DNA of 62,289 nt, filler included, from Hausera hauseri (taxonomy: Eukaryota), in NCBI GenBank assembly GCA_046269625.1. It is 9 parts of 9 records of this genome, joined end to end, with 100 filler letters (N's around TTAATTAATTAA, not from the genome) between each part and the next. Parts side by side here need not be neighbours in the genome. Positions count along the whole stretch, not along the records: positions 42,997 to 48,989 come from JBJURY010156867.1; positions 49,090 to 62,289 come from JBJURY010900202.1; 7 more parts are not named here. The stretch is one strand, 5' to 3'. This document shows positions 46,801 to 58,839 of this stretch, in pieces; position 1 is the stretch's first letter, and every line of letters begins with the position of its first letter. A program made the position numbers and the translations under genes. A model generated the notes under the pieces. That model saw only the letters and a list, made by a program, of their open reading frames with translations. It made no database searches and had not been told where the DNA came from.

Positions 46801-48562
46801 TACGTGTTAACATCTTTCCTTACCTTTTTTCCTTACCTTGATTGCTTATTGTTCCTGATTAGAGTTTAAACCTGATCGACATTGACATGAATTTTAATCC
46901 ATTGCGTCCTTGACCATTGTTGGAGAATAATGATATTCGGTACAACGTTAATCATATGCATTCCATATAGTTCTAATAGAAATAAGAGTATTTTATTTCT
47001 GATTATCCATGCAATGATATGGAAGAATGGTGAAGTCCATCTACTTGTTAGGATTATAACAACCACCAAAATATAGTGGTCATTCAATATTCAATCATGC
47101 AAACCATACCAACAGATTAAAAGACAAGTCAACGTTTATATAAAATCCGGAATTAGTTTCCATATTTAACCGGAAAAAAATCATAGATTACAGATCCTCT
47201 TCATCTCCGATCACATCTCACCTTTAAACCCCTATAATTCGAAATTGATTGTCTCAATATGGTTAGTTGTTTGTACTACCGTTCGTATATTTAACAACAT
47301 CCTACGACATTTAAACTCTAATACAATCAATATCAGGTTTGAGACAGCTCAGTAACTCCGTACATCAACTCAACACTATAATCCATGCCGTTATATCAGC
47401 TGGCAAAATAATCTTACTCATAATCTCGCGCTAAGTCGCTAATTATTAATCAACTCCAAGACAAGCTCTCTAAATTCTATACTAAATTATAATACATGTA
47501 CAAAAATATTTTAAGTGACAACACAAAATTTAAATGAGGTATATATATATATGCACTGGTACGTCTGACTTTTACTAAACGAATTTGCCACCAACCTTGA
47601 CTACAAACTCCAGTACAGACACTGCACCATTTCTACCATTGACCATCAGACGTTAGGTGTCATGATCTTTCAGCAGAGTATTATCATCGCATCGACTTAT
47701 CTGTATTGATTCATACATATTGATGACCAAAACTCATTGTTGCATCACAATATACACCTCTATATTACCGAATATGATATTTTAGAAAAGATAAATAATT
47801 TATCAATACTCAACTCANNNNNNNNNNNNNNNNNNNNNNNNNNNNNNNNNNNNNNNNNNNNNNNNNNNNNNNNNNNNNNNNNNNNNNNNNNNNNNNNNNN
47901 NNNNNNNNNNNNNNNNNNNNNNNNNNNNNNNNNNNNNNNNNNNNNNNNNNNNNNNNNNNNNNNNNAGCTGCTTCTGTAGGCTCACACGTGCACACAGCTC
48001 AATCAGTAACTGAACCTGATCAGCATTTAACCAATCGATTTGTGAAACAGAGATCTAAAACATGCAGATGTGGGCAGAGTTCTCTATTCCTAATGCTAAG
48101 CAGGGGTCTATACTAACGCAGGGCTGCATTAAATTACATATGTAGACAATGCTAGCCCTTGTTCCCCTGGACCTAGTGTGACGAAAGATGGAAGCACTGT
48201 CAAAAGGTTTCCTAATGATATACAAAGGTGACATGTAATCTAAGATGTCAACCAAATTGTGCTTTCATCATGTGGTTCCATAATTTAATCTGTCTGATGA
48301 ATGTCCTGGCATCTGAAGGACTAATCTGTTTCAAACCATCATAAGATATTGAGTTACCACAAAGTCTATGGTTACCAAAACAACTATTTGATATTCACAA
48401 AGCTCAAAGCTTGAGTCAGCTAATTGTTTATTCTTTTTTTAAAAGTAGTATACACCCAATGTCTCCATTCATTATAATATTTATTGGATTTGCTATAATT
48501 TTTAGCCATGAATTTTTCCAAATCTATTAAAAAGGAGAGGCAAATAGCATTTATACTGGTTT

Positions 48563-48850
48563 TTACAGGAAGCTTAAATTTTGTACAAAACGCTTGAATT
48601 TTCTAAAAAGCTGATTGGAAGCAATATCCAGATGATCAACCGTAATTATGCGACCATAATCAATGTTCATATATTTTACATATTTCGGATCATTGCAAAG
48701 ACATATACAATCACTATTAGTAGAATTTCTACAGAAGGAGTTATAATTATAAATTCTTCGACCTAGGGGTCTAGGATATTCATAGACCTTATTAATTGTT
48801 GCATTAATATGCCTGTTTTTGCATTCACGTGCAACACAAGGAACGCCCAT
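48563..48850 (-). CDS. Possible THAP-like N-terminus (DNA-transposon related)
   Basis: MGVPCVARECKN...YP resembles the THAP start; the canonical W and CxxHF are not clear. Confidence 0.35.
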   Translation of the reverse strand: MGVPCVARECKNRHINATINKVYEYPRPLGRRIYNYNSFCRNSTNSDCICLCNDPKYVKYMNIDYGRIITVDHLDIASNQLFRKFKRFVQNLSFL

Positions 48851-49299
48851 TATTTTCGTTTAAAATTAACACAAAAAACGATTGATTAACATTAGAAGAA
48901 CTGGCCTCACTCTCAAGTATGCAAATCAGTGACGTTTGAGGCGAACCCTTCAATTGGCTGCATTTTGTTCCTTTTATAGTGTAAGATCGNNNNNNNNNNN
49001 NNNNNNNNNNNNNNNNNNNNNNNNNNNNNNNNNTTAATTAATTAANNNNNNNNNNNNNNNNNNNNNNNNNNNNNNNNNNNNNNNNNNNNCCACGGTACTG
49101 TAATAGTACAACAGTGCATGACGTTGATTATTGCCATAGTAGAATAAAGCAGTACTATGGCGTCACAGCGGTATGCGGTAAACGGACCTATGTTTGTCAC
49201 GGTTGTTCTATAGTTGAAGCACAAATCAACTATAAATATTTTATAACCAGCACAAAGACCACTTGTAACAATTTCAGCGGTCCAAAAAGCAAATAGTAA

Positions 49300-52225
49300 T
49301 TGACGCAACAAACAGCAGTATCAGCAGCAGCAGCAGCAGCAGTAACATCAACAACAACATAAACAGCAGGAACCTGACATTTCCATTACTGTCAAGTACG
49401 ATCTAAACAGATCGTACATGGACATAAAAGTTGACATGATACCACAAATTTCAGTACAGTTAAAGCATGACCGTCCAGTGTACGCAACCGGTTGGAATTA
49501 GAAGTGAAGAAATTCCAACACAACCACCAATACCACTGAGACGTGCAGTATTATACACTGGCAGAATTTGAAAATTTGAAAGGTGATATGAAACAGTGGC
49601 ACCTATCACATCAAGTCGAACCGTATTCCGACAATTTTATTGCCCTTGTATGTGAAAATGTCAATGAAAAAATCGCCATCTGTACCGAAAAGGGTAGAAG
49701 CTGGCGAACTATAAAAATTGTCACTCTCGACTTTAACATAAAAAAGTTCAGTGATATAATTTACTTGTCTGTACGATCATTCATACCGACACCTGAAGCT
49801 CTGAAGAACTCTTATGCGGTATTGAAAATAAAAAATACTGACGATGAATACTGTTTTATTCACAGTGTTCTGGCCGCATTAAAATATAAGGAAGTGGACA
49901 GACATAATGCATATCGTCCAAATCAGTATCGGCAGTATTTTTACGATTTAGACTTTGATGAAAGCTGGATGTCCATGAAACTAAAAACCATTCCGACGTT
50001 TGAACAACGTAACCGGACTCTGTCAATTAACATGTTTTGGTACAACACATTCGTAGGAATACCAGGAGAAGAAGAGATTTACAAGAACCCCATGTGGACA
50101 TAATCTATAGAAGTTGGAACCCGAATGGACGCCCAATAAATTTGTTGCTGTTAGAGCAAAAGGAGGAGGAAAAATTCCATTACGTGGCCGTGACAAATTT
50201 TGACAGACTGTTGTATATGGAACATGACCAATTCATCAAAAAGCGTATATGGTGTAAATGGTGTCCTATATGCCTGCATGGATTAGGTCGAAAACAACAT
50301 GGGAGAAGCATGTGACTGTGAGGTCAAAATTCTGCGGGAACAGCGATGTACGTCATGCCAGTCAAAAAGGAGCTGAGATTCAGTATGTGATGAAAATCCG
50401 ACAGTCTGGCGTATGTGGTATATGCAGATGTTAAAGCCGTTCTACCACGAAACAATGAATAAAATCAAAAGCACATTTCAATCGCTGTCGGTATGTTGGT
50501 AGTCCCAATAAAAGCCACTGGTCAACCGCAGTATTACGTTTTCCACGGCTGGAACTGCATCCGTGATTTCTTGCATCAGTTGGAACGCACCCTGGTACGG
50601 TAATAATAGCAATAAAGCCTTGATGCAGACAGATGAATATGAACCATTTGCGGCTTGTGCCACAAAATATTACCGTTCAAGGCAAACTAACGGCTCGTAC
50701 CAGATCGATATGTCGGAGACGCATGTAATTAATGCAATTTGGCAAGGCGTGTGAAACCGTTCATACAGGTGATCTTTCAGAACTTCAGGGATTATAATTG
50801 TCACCATATTTTGAAATGGGCAATAAACGGATTTCCGCACTAGGAACTATCCATAATTCCGACTACGATGGAGAAATACCTGTAACTGTCTGCTCGTGTA
50901 AACCGGTTCCAGGTACTCTTCCTTCATTCATTCAATTTCTAAATGAATCATTGGCAAAGCTGGTAAATGCCTTGCCAGATGTACCGATAGCATTGACGCA
51001 GTTCCTCGCACATATCCCATGCAGCAAAGGAATATTTCCGTATGACTTTGCAACATCGTATGAGTAACTCCAGACATCATAGGAATTACCGCCGCAATGG
51101 ACAGGTATCGCAGTGAATGAATACCGGAAAGCACAGAGGTGTTTGACAGAACTAGGCTGTAAAAACATGTTGGATTACATGCTCCAGTATCTTAAACTGG
51201 ACATGTACTTATTAGACGATGTGTTCCAAGCGTTTCAAGCGAAAGTGTTGACTGAAGATAGGCTGGAGCCACTCAACGTTTATTGCATACTGGGAATGAG
51301 TTGGGCGTCAACAAGCACCAGGTCAGTTCTACCGATACCATATCACTGCGGTATATTGATATTAATAACCTGAATGGCTGGACCCTTTCGCAACCATTGC
51401 CGTACGGTTCATTCGAATGGGTTGTCGATGGACAAGATCTGGACGACATAATGGTCAACGTATCACCAGCATACACGACAGGCTCAGTCGGATACCTGAT
51501 AGAGGTCGATTTCGTGGCACAAGATGAGCTGCATGACGTTTTGGACGATTTACCGATCGCACCATTTAACCAATGTCCGCCAGGCTCAAAAGTGAAGAAA
51601 CTTCTAATGACGCATGAACCGAAGCTGAATTACGTTGTCCATTCGCGTCTGCTACAGTTCTACATGCATCTCGGTATACGCGTCACACTGCTGCATCGTG
51701 CAATCCGATTTGCTCAGGCTCCCATATTCAAGGCGTACATAGATGGAAATTCGAAGAAACGAACCGCAGCTTGTAGAAAGTTCAAAGAGGACTACTACAA
51801 GCTGAAAAACAATTCCCTGTACGAAAAAACAGTGGAGGATCTGAAAAAGCGGTTCAATGTACGTCTATGCAATAGCGAAAATCGGTTTGTTACGTACATG
51901 GGTAAGGCGCAGTTTCGGCGGTAAATGCACATTGGCGATGGATTGGTTGCGGTGCTGTTAAGCAGAAAAGAAGTCGTTCTGGACCGGCCAAGTTACATCT
52001 GACAAGTGGTATTGGACCTGAACAAATTGCGGATGTATGAGCTACAGAAGCGGCAGAAGGAGGAAGACAATCAGTGGCTGTTGTATCTCAAACGATCATC
52101 CGATCAATTGAACACCAGCTGTACACAATAACTAGTGCGAAAGTCGCTTTGTCATGTAACAATGATAAGTGAAAGTGGGTGGGACGAAATAAGAGTTGGG
52201 CGTATGGACATTGGCGGCTGAAATA
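49300..52225 (+). pseudogene. polB: Protein-primed family B DNA polymerase, copy 1
   Basis: CFIHSVLAAL, NLLL...HYVAV, FLNESLAKLV, KGIFPYDF, YLKLD..LL.DVF, YIDINNL, KLKNNSLYEKT; the motif C region is missing. Confidence 0.9.
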
Positions 52226-52499
52226 AATGCATGTCCAAACAATTGGTGCGCTGTCGGTTCAGACAAATCAGTTCAGTTCAGTTCAGTTACTGCGACAATC
52301 ACTGACAATTATCCTATGTATAGTTTTTTTATATTTCAATAACGTATTTTGTTCAGTGTCTTTTGTGTTTTGTTTTCGGTTACTTACTTAACCTAGTATT
52401 ACTAAGTAATATAGAAATAAAAGTAAAACAATAAGCTTTAACGAAGAAACAAAATATGTAACATGAATACATTTATATATTAATCGGAGAAAAACTAAA

Positions 52500-52849
52500 A
52501 TCACAAAAACACACAAATTAAACTTCCCCATTTTCCATATTGGGGATTTGACGCCGCTCCTTTTCTTGAATCCTTTGAGCTTCAGTGTCAGGTAACCTGT
52601 AGATCCTTCCGGTGGCCAAACTGCTGTTGCTGCTGTTGCTGTTGTTTTTTTGCCATTCGAACTGACAATTTTCTCCACATTTCCTTCGAAAAAAATCGAC
52701 GGTGTATTTTGGATAACGTTACTCAATGCCAAATTACTGTCAACTTTTCTAATTGTGTCTTCCATCGTATCCAAATCATCGTCGCTGATCTTTTTCACTA
52801 ATAGACCATATTTCACCGGTTTGATTTTGATCGTTCGCATCAATGGCAA
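52500..52849 (-). CDS. Polinton accessory protein of about 100 aa, copy 1
   Basis: VKYGLL.KKI.D.D...L.LSN.I.NT.S..F.G...GY..L.LKG.K...G.KSP.WK.GKF shared with 61408-61707. Confidence 0.65.
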
Positions 52850-52889
52850 TTAAATAGCGTTGCGCAGATAATGTAAATGGTATCCATTA

Positions 52890-53945
52890 TACAACTGTAA
52901 ATTTCTGAGCGAATATGTAACGTCAAATGTGTCGTTAACCTGAACAGAAATTTAATGGGTTGCCAAAATTCATCAAGCATATACACGGAAATACTGTGCA
53001 CAATATTGTGAGTCAAAGATAAGTACATGGGTCTGAGCATATTAACGCGAACAGTTTTACCCGATGTTTTTTACGTGTCAGAATTTAATTAAATAGAAAC
53101 CAGTAGTTGTTTACGTTCTCCACCAACGAGTACGGATTCGGTTAAGTCCGTTAAAATGTTGATTCTATGAAATGCTCCATATAGTTGCGGTTTGTATTTG
53201 GCAACAATAGATTGCCCAACAATGGTTTGATAGAATTCGCTTTCCGATAAACCCAGATTTCTAGCCAATAATTCATCAAAGGCAAAATATGTTACACTGT
53301 CATGTAGACTAAGCGAAATATGACCATCTGCGTTTATTTCGCGTGTGTTTACAGCTAATGTAGTCGTTCTCTTGAAGTTTTCACACAATTCCAGTTCCGT
53401 TTCCATTAATAAATCGCGTGGTATAATCTATGAGCGGAAGACAGATTCTGACTTAGTCCGCTTTACTATAATATCGGATTCCGCATTAGTTGAAAGGTCC
53501 AATTTTTCACCAATTATAACATGGCCACCTAGATGTAGACGTTTTGAGTGTACATTGACTGATTGAAAACCCCATGCCCGAGCATCAGCTATAGATTTAA
53601 GCTGCATTTCAATGAGATTTCGATGTATTACGGCAGTATGAAAAATAAGCATAAACCGAGAAATGTTGTCGCGAATAATTGGGAACAGTATATCGATTAT
53701 TGTGTCGGATTGTTCGCAAACGATTTGAAATAGGGTACGTTTCTTGTTGGGTAAAGTAAATACCACTATTTTGACGTATTGCCATTAGTGAAAATGTAAA
53801 TGAAAATTTGGTCAAAGCCACTTCTCAAGCTCCCTGGCCTAAATCGACCGGTTGGTCCAAGTGCATGGTAAACTGTTTAGGGGTATTGTCATTGTCGTCA
53901 TGTTGTGATAATGATCTGATACTATAAATTACCAAGTAAATACTG
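52890..53945 (-). pseudogene. Polinton minor capsid (penton) protein
   Basis: N-terminal NTPKQFTMHLDQPVDLGQGA*EVALTKF; C-terminal TDLTESVLVG...LL and YLSL...ISVYMLDEF..PI.F...LTLHIR. Confidence 0.75.
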
Positions 53946-53949
53946 CTCA

Positions 53950-54945
53950 GTGAATCTGTGATGCAAAATCCAACTCGGTGCAGTATATCCGTGCCACTTG
54001 ACGATACATTGTTTATTCTAACGTTTGCCACCTGAATGTAGAATTTCCTGAATACAATATACATAGGGTTTCTCGGGCAGTACCTGCAGTTCCTGTTCGT
54101 AGAATGCGCCGCGTATTTCATCACTGGTTTCATCCTCTGGTTTCATGACAGGTGTTTGTTTTGTGTTGATTGCCGAAATGCGAAAACCTCGTCGCTCCAG
54201 TTCTGATTGAAATTCTTAATGATGGCGTCATATTTATTTTCGAAATGCGTACGTAAGCACCAATTTTATATTTTGGGCGTTTAATTGCTCTTTGTCGGTT
54301 TTGATAAAGCCACATGTCCAAATTATCGATTACATCAACCGGGCGCATTCCGTTGATTCCAGTGTGTCAAATGATGGTACATCTATGCAGTACATTTACC
54401 CAGCGTTTGTTGCCTTACTTCGTAAAGAATTTGTTTAGGGGACCTCGAAATGTTCGATTAAATCGTTCAACGAGTGCAGCCTTGTATTGGGAAAACACCG
54501 AGTAGTGGTTTACGCACAACCGTTTCAATACTGCTGCAACGTGGGCGTTTTAGAATTCCTTACTCAAATCCGTTTGTAAATACTTCGGCTGTTGTTGCTG
54601 TATCAGTGTCTGAGCAGCAAACTCTTTACCAGATTTCAATTTGACAGAAATTGCGAGTGCAAAACGACTAAACACATCAATACCTATCAGCACGTACAGA
54701 TACCCATCATTAATTCTGGGGTTCGAAATAATTTCCATCAAATCCATTTGCATACGTTATTTACACCGGCAGCACGGTATGCATGAGTTAAAAACTGCCT
54801 TCTTATTGATTTGTTTAGGCTATATGATAATTGTTTCCCGAGCCAACGTTGGGTCTGTTGCCGAGTCTGTTTAACAGTCTTTGCCAATTTGTCGACGCCA
54901 GTATGCCCGACGGGATGATGCGGGTAGAACCATACATCGCTCATC
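53950..54945 (-). pseudogene. Polinton retroviral-like integrase with C-terminal chromodomain
   Basis: QMDL..I...NDGY.YVL..IDVFSRFA, LQTD..KEF, KAALVERFNRT, PKYKIG.YVRISK, IVKWHGY..PSWI. Confidence 0.9.
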
Positions 54946-55129
54946 GTTGTCGTCGTCGGTGGTGTCGTTTTTGTTAGCATTACAACAATTTGAACGAAAC
55001 ATAAATGAAAGATTCGGTAAACTGCAGCAAAAATATGAAAACCTTGTACCCATATAGAAAATCACAATATACTTACCGTCATTGTGTATACTATGCTGCC
55101 GCAGTATCGATAAGACCACACAGTAATAA

Positions 55130-55417
55130 AGTGACAGTCGGCAGTATTGCACCAAGGAATCCTCCGTCTTGCTGGTACATGACTTCTCATTTCAGTCGTT
55201 TACTACGAGCCTTGGTAAGGATAATGAGTCGTTTCCGATACTTTAGTAAATTGCGCTTCCCACTACCAATGTCAATGTGATCCACAACAATATTGTACAA
55301 AATTTCCATTAAATCGTCTACTACAAACTGCAGAAATAATCGTAGCATGTTTCGCTTATGTCTCGTAGGTGCCTTGAGCAAAACAATAAAGTACGGCTGA
55401 CTACGTTTAAATCGCAT
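55130..55417 (-). pseudogene. Small basic Polinton/adintovirus core-like protein
   Basis: Lys/Arg-rich, EILYNI; frameshifted continuation QQDGGFLGAILP. Confidence 0.5.
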
Positions 55418-55689
55418 TTTTTGGACATACTGATGTTGATGAGACGTCGTTTTTTGTCACCGTTGTCACTGTGACGGTAATTTGGGTCTAGTTGCTGCTG
55501 CTGTTGTTCAAAGCACAGAATTAATTAATCGCTTGACTGTAGCGGTGGTTCATTTTGATACACGTTTCTTGCCGCCGGACACTCGCTTGGTAGGTTCACG
55601 TTTAACAATTGTTTTTCGGAAATTCTTCATTTTTATCATAATCATGTCGATTTTCGAATTTGTTTATAGACACATATACCTTTCTGATT

Positions 55690-56290
55690 GCAAATGTCTG
55701 TTCGTACACGCATGTCATCGGGACACTGTTGAGTAAAGTTAATGAAGAAATATCCGTGTGACTCGGTCTATCAAGTAGGCTCGATTGTGAGGAAATGCTT
55801 GTCGTGCAACATAATCAATGATCATGGGGATTATTGAACAACACCAAATAGTGTACATTTAGATTTCTTGTTTGATGCTGCCCGCCTTGATGGAACATAT
55901 TTTGCCTAATGAAAATTACCGTTACGCCAAGGTGCCGTGCAATCTTCGTGAACAGGTTGTTAAAGTCGGTTTGTTTCGTTGCCTCTTCAAATATATCGTC
56001 AATGACAATAACGTCACCGTTGCGCAATCGTCCAGACCAGTTCTCATCAAACCCATCGATTACCTTTATCGATTTCAGTTTACAAAATTCATAATGTGTC
56101 AGGCCGGACTCTGTATCATCACAACTGTCCTGATACCAGTAAACGTGATTGAACAGCGGCGATTGGAATATGTCACAGTAGTTCTGCAGCAATTTGTAAA
56201 CAAAGTGCGTTTTGCCACGTTCACTGGAGTCTACAATCTAGAAAATGGCACTATTCTACAGCTTCATGTCGTTGGTGATGCATTTCTCAT
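55690..56290 (-). pseudogene. FtsK/A32-like packaging ATPase
   Basis: Degenerate Walker A (IVDSSERGKT), Walker B VIVIDD, LFTKIARH, IFI.QN.F, N..YLVLFNNP.D. Confidence 0.88.
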
Positions 56291-56354
56291 AAATTTTGTT
56301 TATAATCACACACATATATAAATAGGTGCAGCATGAACACCGTTTCAATCAATC

Positions 56355-56820
56355 ATGAGAGCCCATATCAACTACCGCGAACATGTTTCAGAGGGTATTA
56401 ATGCACTGCCGTTTAGTCAATGGAAGCTGACGCAGTATGTCCACAAATGTCCACCATATATTACATACATCATATTTCCATTGGGAAAGTGACGTATTAT
56501 GTGTTGCCGCCAACCAATCTTAAATGACCGACATCTACCATTCGGAATTGTCATTGATCAAATTCAATCAATAACGGTAAAGACTCAGTTAGATTTCTCA
56601 CTACCGCCACCTCCATAAATTAATCTACACAAATTATCCGTGGCTATCAAATGTATTTATGAGCCCGAACTGTTTCCTGTACTGCGACTAACAATATTCC
56701 GCCTGCTTTGTGTCAATGTGTTTAGCAGTGGAAAAGTGTTGTATTGAGAATTCGGTCAATCAACTATGAGACCACTAGTAATCAAATTAAACACCACATA
56801 AGTGTTTTACTGAATCAAAG
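56355..56820 (+). pseudogene. TATA-binding-protein-like gene (absent from the ORF track)
   Basis: INYR...IIFPLGK*RIM and, in a shifted frame, IYEPELFPVLRL...VNVFSSGKV; upstream TATATAAATA at about 56315. Confidence 0.7.
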
Positions 56821-57754
56821 AAATGTACTCTGGCCAATGGACTATAAATATCATTCTCATATTCGTTCAGGCATTACTATAATGGCAAACGACGACAAAA
56901 CTATTCTGTTCAATAAAACTTCTGACAATGACGAAAGTACAGATTGGTCATGACTGTTTTGTGGCAAGAATCACAATGTCGACTGTCTAAAATCGAAACC
57001 TCTTTAACAATTAGTAAAACCGATATTAAAACGGCAAGGGAGAATTATTGATGGTAAATGCATGTCAGACGAAGATATAGCGATAATACTCAATGGTGAT
57101 GGTGGTGGTAGTGTTGGTGGTGATGAGAGTTCTGATTTGTCACGAGTGCTTGATGGCAACAACTCTAATGTCAACTGTCCGGAACCGAAAACAGAACCTG
57201 CATAATAATTAGAAAACCTAAATTAAAATGCGCGAATGACTAATGGAATAAAGAAACAAAAATTAAAGCCCACCATCAAACACCGACATGTTTAACGACG
57301 CGACGTTTTCGAAAGTATGAAATGCATTATCTGCAAATGCCCATACAGATTTAGTTGAATGATCCGGTGTTTTTAACCACACCCAAGTACAGTTATCGTG
57401 TAAAGCAGCTATCAATGGAAAATGTTGCGAAACTTGGTGGCGCTTTAACTCAATTAAACATTGACTTAAATTTGAACGAAACGGCCTTAAAACAGCAATA
57501 TGTCGTTTTACCGGCCGAAAAATCTAAGCTGATTGATTTTGTCTATCGTAAAATGTATGTGCCCAATGATTTAAAGTGTCGACTCAACATTGAATTGCAG
57601 GGATACAAAGAAAATGACAGTGTCAAAAGCCCGATTTAATGTTTATCCAAAGCACTTTTTGATTAAGTATTAATGTTGTTTTTGTTTTAATTTTCTTCTT
57701 CTTCAACAATGAGTATAAATATACATGTGTAATTGGCTTTTCATTAATAATGAT

Positions 57755-58228
57755 AATGAATGATGTAAACATTATTTTGACGGATGAAAATGCTACTGTA
57801 CCGAGACGTGTTACGCAAGCAGTGAGGGCTACGTTGTGTTTTCCAATGTCAATACGACAATTACAGACAGCACAATCAAATGCATAACGACTGGGATTCG
57901 ATTGGCGATTCCACACGGTTACTACGGCCAACTTTTATCGAAACTCGGACTGGCAAAGCTCCGACTGACGGTTGTGGGCGGTGTCATTGATTCAGACTTT
58001 TGTTGTGAAATTAAGGTGTTTCTGGAAAACCAATACGGGGAACCGTATGCTTTTTCGAAAGGCAATTCATTCGTACAAATCGTTTTTCTTCGCTGTAAAG
58101 AGGCGGAATTCGGTGTAATGTCACCGGAACAATGGAGATTTTTTAGCGTCAATGAATCAACAACAACAACACGAAACGAAAGCCAAGAATTTGGCTTTGG
58201 TGATATGGACAAAACCACCTATGTTTAG
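57755..58228 (+). pseudogene. dut: dUTPase (degenerate)
   Basis: ATVPRR, TGIRLAIPHGYYGQL, GVIDSDF..EIKV, VQIVF, R...FGFG. Confidence 0.85.
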
Positions 58229-58316
58229 TGATTTGTGATGATAATAATATCAATACTAATAGTTAGTTGTTTTGATTGCTTTACAAACAAAAAAATGATT
58301 CTGTATATGATAAGTA

Positions 58317-58777
58317 ATGGCGACAGCATTTATAGACATTGAAGCTTTCAAAGATGATAATGCCCGATACCTGAAAAAGAAATTATGCGTTATGGACTTA
58401 GGTAACATTTCAATCCGCTTGTGTACGTATTCAAGTCCGCCGTTATGTGAAATCAGTTGACAGAAAAGGCGGAAATTACCAATGGATATCTCATACGACA
58501 TCGTCATGGACTTTATTGGCACGAAGGCAATTCAACGGTTTGCGTATCATGTATCATGCGAGACATTTATGATCGTTTTGACATTGAAAATGCAATATTT
58601 TACATTAAAGATCAAATTGACGGACAAAGGTTTACGCAACTACATTCACACCTTCCCAAGTCGCGAATGACGACTTATTCAACATCGAACATCTCGCTGG
58701 CGATGGTATCTGATTATATCTAATGTCCGTATCGTGATCATGGACCGCATTGTGCTTACAAAAATGTCTACGGCTTT
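58317..58777 (+). pseudogene. DEDD exonuclease-like Polinton accessory gene
   Basis: MATAFIDIEAFK, N.YL....HGL.W.EG, CPYRDHGPHCA. Confidence 0.55.
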
Positions 58778-58839
58778 GTGAAATATGTGTGGGGAACTAA
58801 GTCAATATTAGCGGAACAGCTGACAGGGAATTTACCAGG

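Noticed and set aside
46858-47322. 13-bp inverted repeat ATTAGAGTTTAAA/TTTAAACTCTAAT as LTR or transposon ends
   Set aside because: Short, AT-rich and without a TSD; could be chance.
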